A DNA stretch of 51,925 nt from Bacilli bacterium (GCA_028703035.1 JAQVNR010000001.1:1-51925); one strand, 5' to 3'; shown: positions 18,993 through 28,648, counted from the stretch's first letter. Translations and numbers: made by a program. Notes: a model not told the origin generated them from the letters alone.

Positions 18993-21629
18993 ATGAAGAA
19001 ACATGTTTACCTTTTTAGTGAAGGTAATAAAGAAATGAGAAATATATTAGGAGGAAAGGGTGCTAATTTAGCTGAGATGACAAGCATTGGGCTTCCAGTG
19101 CCCCAAGGATTTACTGTTACAACCGAGTGTTGTACTGATTATTACGAGTCGGGTGAGAAAATTAGTGAGGAAATCCAATCGGAAATTTTAGAATATATTA
19201 AAAAGTTAGAGAAAATAACAGGTAAAGAATTTGGTAATCCTGATAATCCTCTTTTAGTATCAGTTAGAAGTGGGTCAAGAGCAAGTATGCCAGGAATGAT
19301 GGATACAGTTTTAAACTTAGGTATTAATGATGAAGTTACAATAGGACTGGCTAATCTTACTAATAATCCCTGGTTTGCTTATGATTCATACCGAAGATTT
19401 ATTCAAATGTTTGCTGATGTTGTAATGGGATATTCAAAGGCTTCTTTTGAAAAAGTATTTGAGGATATTAAATGCGAAAAGAAAGCATTAACTGATCAAG
19501 ATTTAATCACTCAAGATATGAAAAAAGTAGTAAATAAATACAAAGAGAACTATTTAAAAGTAGCTGGGACTAGCTTTCCAACTGATCCAAGTGTTCAATT
19601 AATGGAAGCAATTAAAGCGGTCTTTAGAAGCTGGAATAATGAGCGAGCAAATGTTTATCGCCGTTTAAATAATATTCCTTACCTTTGGGGAACGGCAGTA
19701 AATATTCAAGAAATGGTATATGGAAATATGGGCGATACTTCAGGATCGGGTGTTGCCTTTACAAGAAATCCAGCTACTGGAGAAAATAAGCTTTATGGAG
19801 AATATTTAATGAATTCTCAAGGCGAAGATGTAGTAGCTGGTATTAGAACCCCAGAACCAATTAGCTCACTTGCAAGTCTTATGCCAGAAGTTTATAAAGA
19901 ATTTTCGCAACATGCAAAAAAATTAGAAGATCACTATAGAGATATGCAAGATATGGAGTTTACAATTGAAAATGGCAAACTATATATGCTTCAAACACGG
20001 AGTGGTAAAAGAACCGCTATGGCTGCAATAAAAATTGCAATTGATTTATATAATGAAGGAAAAATTACTAAAGAAGAAGCAATTATGAAAGTTGATCCAA
20101 ATCAACTTGATGCCCTATTACATCCTAGCTTTTCACCAGATGCATTAAAAATTGGAAAAATCATTGGTACCGGTCTTGCGGCTTCTCCTGGTGCAGCAAC
20201 TGGTAAAATATATTTTACCGCCGGCGATGCAGTTAAAGCCATTGAAAAAGGAGAAAAAGAGATTATATTAGCAAGACTAGAAACTAGTCCTGAGGATATT
20301 GAAGGAATGAATATTGCGGAAGGTATTTTAACTATTAGAGGCGGAATGACAAGTCATGCAGCAGTAGTTGCTAGGGGTATGGGAACATGCGCTGTATGTG
20401 GCTGTGATGATTTAGCTATTGATGAGCCATCAAAAACATTAAAAACAAAAACAGGCGAAGTTTTTAATGAAGGTGATTTTATAAGTTTAGATGGAACCAC
20501 TGGACATGTTTATAAGGGACGTTTAGAAACAGTAGAAACTACAATAAGTGGTGATTTTAAAACGTTTATGTCGTGGGTAGATGAGGTAAGAGACTTAGAG
20601 ATTAGAACTAATGCAGACTCGCCAAATGAAGCAAAAATTGCTAAAGAATTTGGGGCAACCGGTATTGGTTTATGTCGCACAGAGCATATGTTCTTTGAAG
20701 AAACAAGGATTGAAACATTTAGAAAAATGATTTTATCTCAAACAGAAGAAGATCGAGAAAAAGCTTTAGCACAAATACTTCCTTACCAACAAGATGATTT
20801 TGAAGGTATATTTAGAGAAATGGCACCATACCCAGTTATCATTCGTTATCTTGATCCGCCTCTTCATGAATTTTTACCAAAAGAATTAAAAGAAATAGAA
20901 AAAATAGCGAGTGATTTAAATGTATCAATAGATGTTATAAAAAGTAAAATAGAAGATTTAAAAGAATTTAATCCAATGATGGGTCATCGAGGCTGTCGTC
21001 TAGCTATTACATATCCAGAAATCGCTAAAATGCAAACTAAAGCGGTAATAAAAGCTGCAATTAATGTTGCTAAAGAGGGCAAAATAGTTAAACCAGAAAT
21101 TATGATTCCTCTAATTGGAGATAAGAACGAACTTAAATATATAACCGAAGTAGTTAGAGAAGTTGCAAATAATTTAATCAAAGATTCGGGAATTAAACTT
21201 GATTATCTAGTTGGAACGATGATCGAGCTTCCAAGAGCTTGCATCTTAGCTGGTGAAATAGCTAAGCATGCTGACTTCTTCTCATTTGGAACTAATGATT
21301 TAACTCAAATGACATACGGCTTTTCAAGAGATGATGCAAGTAAATTCTTAAGTGACTACTATAAAAAACAAATATTTGAATTTGACCCATTTGCTAGATT
21401 AGATGTTAGCGGAGTGGGAGCATTAGTTGAAATAGCTATAGCTAAAGGAAAAGAAGCTAATCCAAACTTAGAAATCGGTATTTGTGGCGAGCATGCAGGC
21501 GAGGCATCAAGCATAGAGTTTTGCTATAACCAAGGAATGAATTACGTATCTTGTTCTCCTTATAGAGTGCCGATTGCAAAACTTGCAGCAGCCCAATCGG
21601 CCATAAAAGCGTCCAAGAAAAATAATTAA
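18993..21629 (+). CDS. ppdK: Pyruvate, phosphate dikinase
   Basis: 878 aa; GGKGANLAEM, phospho-His loop GGMTSHAAVVARGMG, GLCRTEHMF, GICGEH. Confidence 0.95.
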   Translation: MKKHVYLFSEGNKEMRNILGGKGANLAEMTSIGLPVPQGFTVTTECCTDYYESGEKISEEIQSEILEYIKKLEKITGKEFGNPDNPLLVSVRSGSRASMPGMMDTVLNLGINDEVTIGLANLTNNPWFAYDSYRRFIQMFADVVMGYSKASFEKVFEDIKCEKKALTDQDLITQDMKKVVNKYKENYLKVAGTSFPTDPSVQLMEAIKAVFRSWNNERANVYRRLNNIPYLWGTAVNIQEMVYGNMGDTSGSGVAFTRNPATGENKLYGEYLMNSQGEDVVAGIRTPEPISSLASLMPEVYKEFSQHAKKLEDHYRDMQDMEFTIENGKLYMLQTRSGKRTAMAAIKIAIDLYNEGKITKEEAIMKVDPNQLDALLHPSFSPDALKIGKIIGTGLAASPGAATGKIYFTAGDAVKAIEKGEKEIILARLETSPEDIEGMNIAEGILTIRGGMTSHAAVVARGMGTCAVCGCDDLAIDEPSKTLKTKTGEVFNEGDFISLDGTTGHVYKGRLETVETTISGDFKTFMSWVDEVRDLEIRTNADSPNEAKIAKEFGATGIGLCRTEHMFFEETRIETFRKMILSQTEEDREKALAQILPYQQDDFEGIFREMAPYPVIIRYLDPPLHEFLPKELKEIEKIASDLNVSIDVIKSKIEDLKEFNPMMGHRGCRLAITYPEIAKMQTKAVIKAAINVAKEGKIVKPEIMIPLIGDKNELKYITEVVREVANNLIKDSGIKLDYLVGTMIELPRACILAGEIAKHADFFSFGTNDLTQMTYGFSRDDASKFLSDYYKKQIFEFDPFARLDVSGVGALVEIAIAKGKEANPNLEIGICGEHAGEASSIEFCYNQGMNYVSCSPYRVPIAKLAAAQSAIKASKKNN

Positions 21630-21652
21630 TGATACAAAAATATTATAAATTG

Positions 21653-21695
21653 AAGACTAAGATGACTAAAAAGTCGTAAACCTTAGTCTTTTTTG
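21653..21695 (+). terminator. Rho-independent terminator of ppdK
   Basis: AAGACTAAG / CTTAGTCTT stem followed by TTTT. Confidence 0.65.
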
Positions 21696-22029
21696 TGCGA
21701 TATACGATAAAGAGAATAATTCGACAATCCTTGTGAATAAAAACTACTTTTGTCGATTGGATAATCCCACCTAGAACTTCGTAGGATATTGTAAATATAA
21801 AAGAAAACAAAAAATGAAAAAATGAAAAGATTTATAACGGGTATTAAATTTAATGGATTACTAAGGTTTTGTTTCTTCAAGTATTCAATAAACAGTATTT
21901 TTTGTGTATATGTGGGAGGTATCTATGAAAACTCAAAAATTTGGTGGTTTTGAAATCGGGGAAATGAAGATAAAGACCTAAATATCTATTAATCATTAAA
22001 AAACACTAACTGAATATAACGAAAATGAA

Positions 22030-22296
22030 ATATTCCCACAGGGTGTGGGAGAATTATCGTGGCATTCAAATAGAATGCTTTTAGATAAATTAAAAACCAA
22101 AGAAGAAAGACTCTGGTATACTAAAAAAGCAATTGAAAATAACTGATCAAGTATTGTTTTAGATCATCAAATTGCAACTAAACTTATTGAAAGACTAACT
22201 GGCAATACTAAAAAAGTTAGTAATTATTTAGAAACTGTTGAATCGCCACATAACGAAAGAGTTTTAGATATGCTAAAAGCCCCCATATTTGATTGA
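22030..22296 (+). pseudogene. YhcG/DUF1016-like PDDEXK nuclease gene fragment
   Basis: PQGVGELSWHSNRMLLDKLKTKEERLWYTKKAIENN*SSIVLDHQI; conserved Trp codon is TGA at 22144; no start and no C-terminal nuclease core. Confidence 0.55.
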
Positions 22297-22309
22297 ACAT
22301 GTTGATTCT

Positions 22310-22420
22310 ATAAAAGATCACAATCCAAAATATTTATTAACTATGGATATTGTTCCAAAAGTTTCCCATAACGGAATAAAACAAATAAATGTATTAGATT
22401 GGTTATTAGGTAAAGAATAA
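22310..22420 (+). pseudogene. 3' remnant of a DUF4143-type ATPase gene
   Basis: IKDHNPKYLLTMD...GIKQINVLDWLLGKE; high nucleotide similarity to 50402-50512. Confidence 0.6.
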
Positions 22421-22753
22421 TTTGAAAATCGATTTGTAAATCAAATATAATACGTATGTTGTTAATCCGTGATAAATTCCTATTATAACTAAATTATGAA
22501 TAGAAAACTGATATTCTTAATCTATGGATGCAATGATAATTTAATTAAAATGAAATTTTCTAAGATTTAATAAACAAAGTGTCTTAGAGTAAAAAAAGAA
22601 CGATGTGACTAAATATTTAAATTTGCCAATCAAACAAAGGGAATTTTAAACGCAAAGATGTATGACTAGAATTGTAGCAATATATGGTAAAAGGAAACGT
22701 AAATGACTGTTACTCAAACTAAAATAAAAAAGACTTATAAATAATGATTTGTA

Positions 22754-22798
22754 TTACACTCGAAAAAAAAATGAATTATCGTTTTTTTTCGAGTGTAA
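22754..22798. terminator. Perfect 17-bp hairpin (TTACACTCGAAAAAAAA / TTTTTTTTCGAGTGTAA), bidirectional-terminator-like
   Basis: Perfect inverted repeat with an 11-nt loop, A8/T8 arms. Confidence 0.55.
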
Positions 22799-22857
22799 AC
22801 TGATAAACTTTACAAAGTTAATAATGATTGCTATAATAATATTGGAGTGTGATAAAT

Positions 22858-24078
22858 ATGATAAAAAGAGAATTATATTTAAAAAAGTTAAGAGAGTCTT
22901 ATGAAAGCGACTTAATAAAAGTCATTATCGGAGTAAGACGTTGCGGGAAATCAGTATTACTTATCCAAATAATAGAGGAGCTGACAAAAAAAGGAATTAA
23001 AGATAATCATATAATTTACATGAATTTTGAAAATTATGATTATATTGATTATACTGATCCTAAAAAATTTAATGAATATGTTAAAAGTAAAATAATTGAC
23101 CAAGAGAAACATTATTTGTTTTTTGACGAGATTCAAAATGTAAATGATTTTGAAAGAGTAATAAATTCTTTTCGAGCAACACTAAATGTTAGCATATTTA
23201 TTACTGGTTCTAATAGTAAACTTCTTTCTAGTGAACTTGCTACTCATTTAGCTGGTAGATATATTAGTATAAAAATGACGCCTTTTACATTTTCTGAATT
23301 TATAGAATTACATAATAAAAATGCAGATGATAAAAATAAAAAAAGCATTAAAGAATTATTTGAAGTATATCTCATTTGGGGAGGAATGCCACAAATTTAC
23401 AATACTGATAGCGTTTTAGAAAGAAAATTATATCTAAAAGATTTATATAATACAATTGTTTTAAAAGATATTGTAGAACGTAATAATATTAAAGATATGA
23501 ATTTATTAGATAGAATAACCCAATCTATGATGGAAAACATAGGCAGTATTGTATCATCAAATTCAATTGCTAATTATTTAAAAGGAGAAAAAATAAATAC
23601 TACTGTAGATACAGTTCTAAATTATGTTGATTATATATCGGGATCATTAATTTTTAATAAAGTTAATCGTTATGACATTAGAGGTAAAAAAGTAATGTCG
23701 ACATTAGAAAAATATTATATGATTGACCTAGGATTTTTACAATTAAAAAAATCACAAATTGAAAAAAGAGAAGGTGGTAGATTAGAAAATATAATTTATA
23801 ATGAACTTATTTCAAGAGGTTATGATGTTTACATAGGGAAAACAGAAAAAGGAGAGATAGATTTTATTGTCAATAATTTTGGGGAGATATCATATTTTCA
23901 AGTATCAGATTATTTATCTAGTGATGCAGTAATTGAAAGAGAATTTGGGGCATTTAAAACAGTTCCAGATAATTATCCCAAATATGTTATTACTATGGAT
24001 GAAATAGATTATAGTCAAAATGGTATAATCCATATTAATATAATAAAATTCCTTCTAGATAAAGATTATTTAAAATAA
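22858..24078 (+). CDS. AAA_14/DUF4143-type ATPase (intact copy)
   Basis: Walker A GVRRCGKS, Walker B LFFDEIQ, GSNSKLLSSELATHLAGRY; ATG 22858 preferred over GTG 22849. Confidence 0.8.
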   Translation: MIKRELYLKKLRESYESDLIKVIIGVRRCGKSVLLIQIIEELTKKGIKDNHIIYMNFENYDYIDYTDPKKFNEYVKSKIIDQEKHYLFFDEIQNVNDFERVINSFRATLNVSIFITGSNSKLLSSELATHLAGRYISIKMTPFTFSEFIELHNKNADDKNKKSIKELFEVYLIWGGMPQIYNTDSVLERKLYLKDLYNTIVLKDIVERNNIKDMNLLDRITQSMMENIGSIVSSNSIANYLKGEKINTTVDTVLNYVDYISGSLIFNKVNRYDIRGKKVMSTLEKYYMIDLGFLQLKKSQIEKREGGRLENIIYNELISRGYDVYIGKTEKGEIDFIVNNFGEISYFQVSDYLSSDAVIEREFGAFKTVPDNYPKYVITMDEIDYSQNGIIHINIIKFLLDKDYLK

Positions 24079-24099
24079 ATATTACTTACTCGAAAAACT

Positions 24100-25026
24100 T
24101 TAAATGAAATAATTTTTAATTATTATCTCATCAATCATATACATAACACTTTTAATATTATAATTTTCTTTTATAGAGTAGTTAATTGAATAAATAACCG
24201 ATTCAATTAAATTACTTTCATTTAAATCATGATAAAGCTCGCTATTTAATTTTATTAGTACATATTCATCAGTTATTTCATAACTGATTTTTTTTGCATC
24301 ATTTAAATAACTTATTAAATTAGTTTGATATATTGCTTTACTAGTTAATTCTTCAATTATTATTTCAATTTTGTCTTTATTTGAGTTATTTACCATGGTA
24401 ACAGGAACATAATAATAGTAATCTTTATATCTACTTAAATAATAAACAGTTGTTTTTGTTGTACCTTTTACTTCAGTTAAATCATATACTTTATTGATGC
24501 CATAGCTCCTATCTAAAGTAGGCGAAAGACTAATTTTTGAATGAGGCATTGCAATTAATAGACTATCTTCTATATAAATACTTACCTTATTAATATTATC
24601 TAAACTAGTTAGTGAATAAATTATTGAACTAATCATTTTATCTTCTAGTTCAGCACTTATATTTAAAAATTCTTTACTAAAATTAACTTTTACTAAATTT
24701 TCGTCTATTTGGACAGATAAAAGTTTAGTATTTTTAGGAATAATAGGATTAAATCCTTCTTTTATATAACTTGAACTTGGACTGTCAATTGTTAAATAAT
24801 TTATTATTTCTTTTATCTTTGTTTCTTGGTCTTTATTATTAATTGCAACACTTACTCTAGATACATAATTATGATTATCTATTAAATAAATAGAAGTTTC
24901 GGGAATTATATTTTCATTTTCATTAATCTGGGTATTTTCTTTAGTAGGAAATAAATAAAGTATAAAAAGAATAAAAAGGGAAGAAAAAATCAGAAATCCT
25001 TTTTTAAGTAAACCTCTTGTTAGCAT
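24100..25026 (-). CDS. GerMN-domain protein (GerM-like)
   Basis: N-terminal TM/signal, two GerMN-like modules (IPKNTKLLSVQIDENLVKVNFSKEF...). Confidence 0.6.
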   Translation of the reverse strand: MLTRGLLKKGFLIFSSLFILFILYLFPTKENTQINENENIIPETSIYLIDNHNYVSRVSVAINNKDQETKIKEIINYLTIDSPSSSYIKEGFNPIIPKNTKLLSVQIDENLVKVNFSKEFLNISAELEDKMISSIIYSLTSLDNINKVSIYIEDSLLIAMPHSKISLSPTLDRSYGINKVYDLTEVKGTTKTTVYYLSRYKDYYYYVPVTMVNNSNKDKIEIIIEELTSKAIYQTNLISYLNDAKKISYEITDEYVLIKLNSELYHDLNESNLIESVIYSINYSIKENYNIKSVMYMIDEIIIKNYFI

Positions 25027-25085
25027 ATAAGCACCTCAATTAAATATATGATTTTAAAATAAAAAAAAGTCGCATTTAGCAACTT

Positions 25086-25310
25086 TTATAATGTTAATTC
25101 ACCTAATTTTAATAATTCGACTATTGCTCCAGCTCTTCCTTTGACGTTTAATTTTTGCATGACATTGGAAATATGGTTTCTGACTGTTTTTTCACTGATG
25201 CCTAAAAACTCACTGATTTCTTTAGTTGTTTTATTTAAAACTAAAAGTTCAAAAACTTCTTTTTCTCTAAGAGTTAGTATACTTTTCACAAATGTTTCCC
25301 TCACTTTCAT
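25086..25310 (-). CDS. gerE: LuxR-type HTH regulator GerE
   Basis: 74 aa; LTLREKEVFELLVLNKTTKEISEFLGISEKTVRNHISNVMQKLNVKGRAGAIVELLKLGEL looks nearly colinear with B. subtilis GerE as I recall it. Confidence 0.85.
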   Translation of the reverse strand: MKVRETFVKSILTLREKEVFELLVLNKTTKEISEFLGISEKTVRNHISNVMQKLNVKGRAGAIVELLKLGELTL

Positions 25311-25366
25311 AGTCCCTTCATAAATAGTTTATGAAAAAACCTAGATTAAGTGAGTTTTAAAGCCTA

Positions 25367-25861
25367 TTATTGATATTTAACAGTTATGTACATCTTCTCA
25401 TCAAACTCAGCTTGAATAGTCCTAATAATCTCATTAGCGCTCTCATATGAACTATCTTTTGATGAAATAATGACATTTATTTTATCATCCTTGATTTTAA
25501 TAAAACTTTTTAAATTATGATTTTTTAAAACTAAAGATTCTAAAGTACTTTCTTTACCTTTATTTAAATTAATACTTAAAAGTTTTTCATAGGCATTATT
25601 TTTTACTTCAGCTGATGCGGCAGCATCAAGCAGTGTTTGCTGGAGATCAGTCATTTCTTTTAAAACTGCCTCGTCATTTTCAACTCTTAAACTAACTAAA
25701 ATATCACTATCGGTAATATCAGTGTTAACAGTATCACTGATAGTTTCGCCTTCATTAATTAGATTAGAAAGTTTATCGCCTGGTAGGGCTATATAATATA
25801 CTGATAGTACTAAAATAATACTAAACAAGGTTAAAAACCATAAATTTTGCTTATTAATCAT
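25367..25861 (-). CDS. SpoIIIAH-like protein
   Basis: KQNLWFLTLFSIILVLSVYYIALP N-terminus matches the SpoIIIAH signature; 164 aa. Confidence 0.6.
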   Translation of the reverse strand: MINKQNLWFLTLFSIILVLSVYYIALPGDKLSNLINEGETISDTVNTDITDSDILVSLRVENDEAVLKEMTDLQQTLLDAAASAEVKNNAYEKLLSINLNKGKESTLESLVLKNHNLKSFIKIKDDKINVIISSKDSSYESANEIIRTIQAEFDEKMYITVKYQ

Positions 25862-25915
25862 CTTAAATCCTCTTTCTTTGTATATTATATTGATGTTTTA
25901 TTTAATTATTACAAA

Positions 25916-25969
25916 TTATAGAAATAAACTTATCGCATAAATAACAATTTTCATGAATATTGCAAACAT
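25916..25969 (-). CDS. 17-aa hydrophobic micropeptide ORF (MFAIFMKIVIYAISLFL)
   Basis: Consensus AGGAGGT 4 nt upstream of ATG; below the ORF-track cutoff; function unknown. Confidence 0.35.
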   Translation of the reverse strand: MFAIFMKIVIYAISLFL

Positions 25970-26017
25970 AGTAACCTCCTTTATGTCTCATCTTGAGAGT
26001 TTTATCTCTCATAAGTA

Positions 26018-26341
26018 TTTGTTGTAAGAAGAAAGTATATTTCCTTTTTAATTAATTTAATATATAATTAATGAGGTGAAATAATTGATATAGATTTAAT
26101 ATTAAAGTTTATGTATATTACAAGTCATATAATGGAACTTTTATTTAAAAGGTGTTGGTGGGATTATTCTGAACTGAAAAAATAATATTAATGGAAGAGT
26201 TGTTTTAAAAAACAGTATTTTATTTGAAGTTCGGATTCTTAATAATTATCTATATTTTATCACCTAGTATAAATATAATGTTAGCACATACAAATAATAA
26301 GTTAAAATAAAAAAGGAAATATACTTTCTTCTTACAACGAA
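26018..26341. repeat. 324-bp element bounded by near-perfect 32-nt inverted repeats (candidate invertible promoter, or MITE)
   Basis: IR-L 26018-26049 TTTGTTGTAAGAAGAAAGTATATTTCCTTTTT versus reverse complement of IR-R 26310-26341 (1 mismatch); internal TATAAT at 26274-26279 faces the ABC gene. Confidence 0.55.
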
Positions 26342-26361
26342 TAGTAGTGAAGGGAGTATTA

Positions 26362-28317
26362 ATGAAAAGAATTATTATTAAACAAGAAGATCCATCCGAT
26401 TGCGGACCTTGCGCGCTTTTATCGGTCCTTAAATATTATGATGGATATGTCCCACTTGAAGTAATTAAAACCGACTCTTTAACAACTGATGCTGGAACTA
26501 ATCTTTATTATTTGAAGTTAGCTAGCGAAAAATACGGTTTTACTGCTAGAGGTATTAAAACATTTGAATTAAATGATTTAAGATTACCATGCATTGCTAG
26601 GGTTAAGATAAATGATCGCTATCATTTTGTAACTATATATAAAATATTAGAAATAGTTACTTTAATGGATCCAGCAAGTGGACTTGTTAAAATGAGAAAA
26701 GATGACTTTAAAAAAATATTCACTGGTCATGTTTTAGAGCTAATTCCAGCTGGGAAGCTAATGAAGTATGAAAAGAACAATTTATTTAAAGAACATATAA
26801 TTAAAACATACCAAGATAATTTAAAAGCTATCATGTTTTTATTTATCTTAGGTTTAATAGTTGTAATATTATCACTTGCAACAGGTTTTAATCCAGTTTT
26901 ATTAAAAACGCAGAAACTCATTTATTTAGTAATAATTTTAGCTTTAAGTAAAATAATAATAACTTATATTAAAAATAATATGATGTCTCATCTTAATAAA
27001 AAAATTAATATAAGTTTATTAAATAATTATTTAAAACAGATTTTTAATCTTCCTTTAAAATATTTGCAACTTAAAAAAACAGGTGACTTTATAAATCGTA
27101 TTAATGATTTAGATGCAGTAAAAAATTTATTTTCTAAAACAATTTTAGATGTTTTTATTAATACTTTAATCTTTATTATAGGAATGATAATTTTAATTAT
27201 ATTTGAATTTAAACTTACGCTAATTTTAATCACAATTACTTTTATTATTTCCTTTGTTTTAATAAAAATTAATAAAAAACTATATCAAGATATTATGTTA
27301 AATATTGAAGGTGAGAATAATAAAGTAGATACAATTATTGAATATTTAAATAATATTAAAACTGTTAAAACTAATGATATATCTTTTTTTAAAAAAGAAT
27401 TAAAATCTAAGATAAGCCTTGCAGCAGATAGTGAGCTTACTGTTAATAAAAAAATTAATTTATTTAATTTAGTTAGTAACATTTTAGAAGAGATATCAAT
27501 TATAATTATTATAATTTACTATTATCAAATAAATTTAGATATCTCATATTTATTATTATATTTAACTATATATAGTTATTATTTAGAGACACTTAAATAT
27601 TATATAAACTTAATGCCAAGTTTAATGTATTTTAAAGATGTTATTAAAAGGATTAAAAGTATTTATGATATTGAGTTAAATAAACAAAATTATTATTTAG
27701 CAAGTAATAATAATTTAACTTTAAAAGATATTAGTTATAGTTTCAATAATATTAATGTTATTCTTAAAGACTTTAATTTACAAATAAAGTCGGGGAATAA
27801 AATTTTAATTCAAGGTGATAATGGTTCCGGTAAAAGTACAATTCTAGATATTATTTATGGAAGCATAATTGATTATGAGGGCAAGGTTATAAAGCCAACA
27901 AGAATAAGTTATATTCATCAAAATAGTCAATTGTTTTCAGCCACTATTTTAAATAATATTATATTAGATGAAAAGTATAATGAAGAAAAGTTTAATAAAA
28001 TTATAAAGATTACTACTTTAGACAATTTTATTAAAAGTAAGGAAACTGGCTATAATCTAGAAATAAAGTCTTTAACCAATATTAGTGGGGGAGAAAGACA
28101 AAAGATTATTTTAGCTAGAGCTCTTTATCAAAATTTTGATTTACTTCTTCTAGATGAATCATTAAATGAAATAGATAAAAATACTAGAGCTATTATTTTA
28201 ACTAATATATTTAAGTATTATCATAATAAAACAGTAATTTGTATTAGTCATTATGATGATAAAATAAAGTATGACCAAGTAATTAATTTAAGTGCTAGAA
28301 AGGAAAAAATATGTTAA
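26362..28317 (+). CDS. Bacteriocin ABC exporter with N-terminal C39 peptidase domain
   Basis: QEDPSDCGPCAL (C39 catalytic Cys), TM domain, Walker A GDNGSGKST, signature ISGGERQK, Walker B LLLLDE; ATG 26362 after GGGAG. Confidence 0.88.
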   Translation: MKRIIIKQEDPSDCGPCALLSVLKYYDGYVPLEVIKTDSLTTDAGTNLYYLKLASEKYGFTARGIKTFELNDLRLPCIARVKINDRYHFVTIYKILEIVTLMDPASGLVKMRKDDFKKIFTGHVLELIPAGKLMKYEKNNLFKEHIIKTYQDNLKAIMFLFILGLIVVILSLATGFNPVLLKTQKLIYLVIILALSKIIITYIKNNMMSHLNKKINISLLNNYLKQIFNLPLKYLQLKKTGDFINRINDLDAVKNLFSKTILDVFINTLIFIIGMIILIIFEFKLTLILITITFIISFVLIKINKKLYQDIMLNIEGENNKVDTIIEYLNNIKTVKTNDISFFKKELKSKISLAADSELTVNKKINLFNLVSNILEEISIIIIIIYYYQINLDISYLLLYLTIYSYYLETLKYYINLMPSLMYFKDVIKRIKSIYDIELNKQNYYLASNNNLTLKDISYSFNNINVILKDFNLQIKSGNKILIQGDNGSGKSTILDIIYGSIIDYEGKVIKPTRISYIHQNSQLFSATILNNIILDEKYNEEKFNKIIKITTLDNFIKSKETGYNLEIKSLTNISGGERQKIILARALYQNFDLLLLDESLNEIDKNTRAIILTNIFKYYHNKTVICISHYDDKIKYDQVINLSARKEKIC

Positions 28318-28445
28318 CAAATGAAGAAATGCTTAGCATAGATGGCGGAGCAGTATCGTGGTCACTTATTGGCTTAATTGGCGGAGCAATTACCTTTATA
28401 GCTGGAATAATTGATGGATACTTAAGACCACTAAAGTGTAATTAA
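28311..28445 (+). CDS. Double-glycine leader bacteriocin precursor 1 (44 aa)
   Basis: MLTNEEMLSIDGG|AVSWSLIGLIGGAITFIAGIIDGYLRPLKCN; start overlaps the exporter stop; GxxxG motif. Confidence 0.75.
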   Translation: MLTNEEMLSIDGGAVSWSLIGLIGGAITFIAGIIDGYLRPLKCN

Positions 28446-28446
28446 A

Positions 28447-28605
28447 ATGATCTTAACAAATAATGAATTAACTAATCTTTATGGTGGTGCTTCAATATCA
28501 GGAACGCTTCTTAACGCTATTGCCAAGCTTATTACAACCGTTTTTAATATTGGTAAAGCTATAGGCTCAGCTATTAGTATGAGTAAAAGAGGTACTAGAT
28601 GTTAG
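28447..28605 (+). CDS. Double-glycine leader bacteriocin precursor 2 (52 aa)
   Basis: MILTNNELTNLYGG|ASISGTLLNAIAKLITTVFNIGKAIGSAISMSKRGTRC; 1 nt after precursor 1. Confidence 0.75.
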   Translation: MILTNNELTNLYGGASISGTLLNAIAKLITTVFNIGKAIGSAISMSKRGTRC

Positions 28606-28648
28606 TTCACAAACTAATTATTTAGCTATAATATCTAGAAATTTATGG

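Noticed and set aside
21683-21880. 65-aa minus-strand ORF downstream of ppdK
   Set aside because: It has no RBS or motifs, lies in a tract of pseudogene debris and overlaps the ppdK terminator region.
26111-26185. 24-codon ORF (MYITSHIMELLFKRCWWDYSELKK) inside the inverted-repeat element
   Set aside because: It has no Shine-Dalgarno sequence, and there is no support beyond being open.
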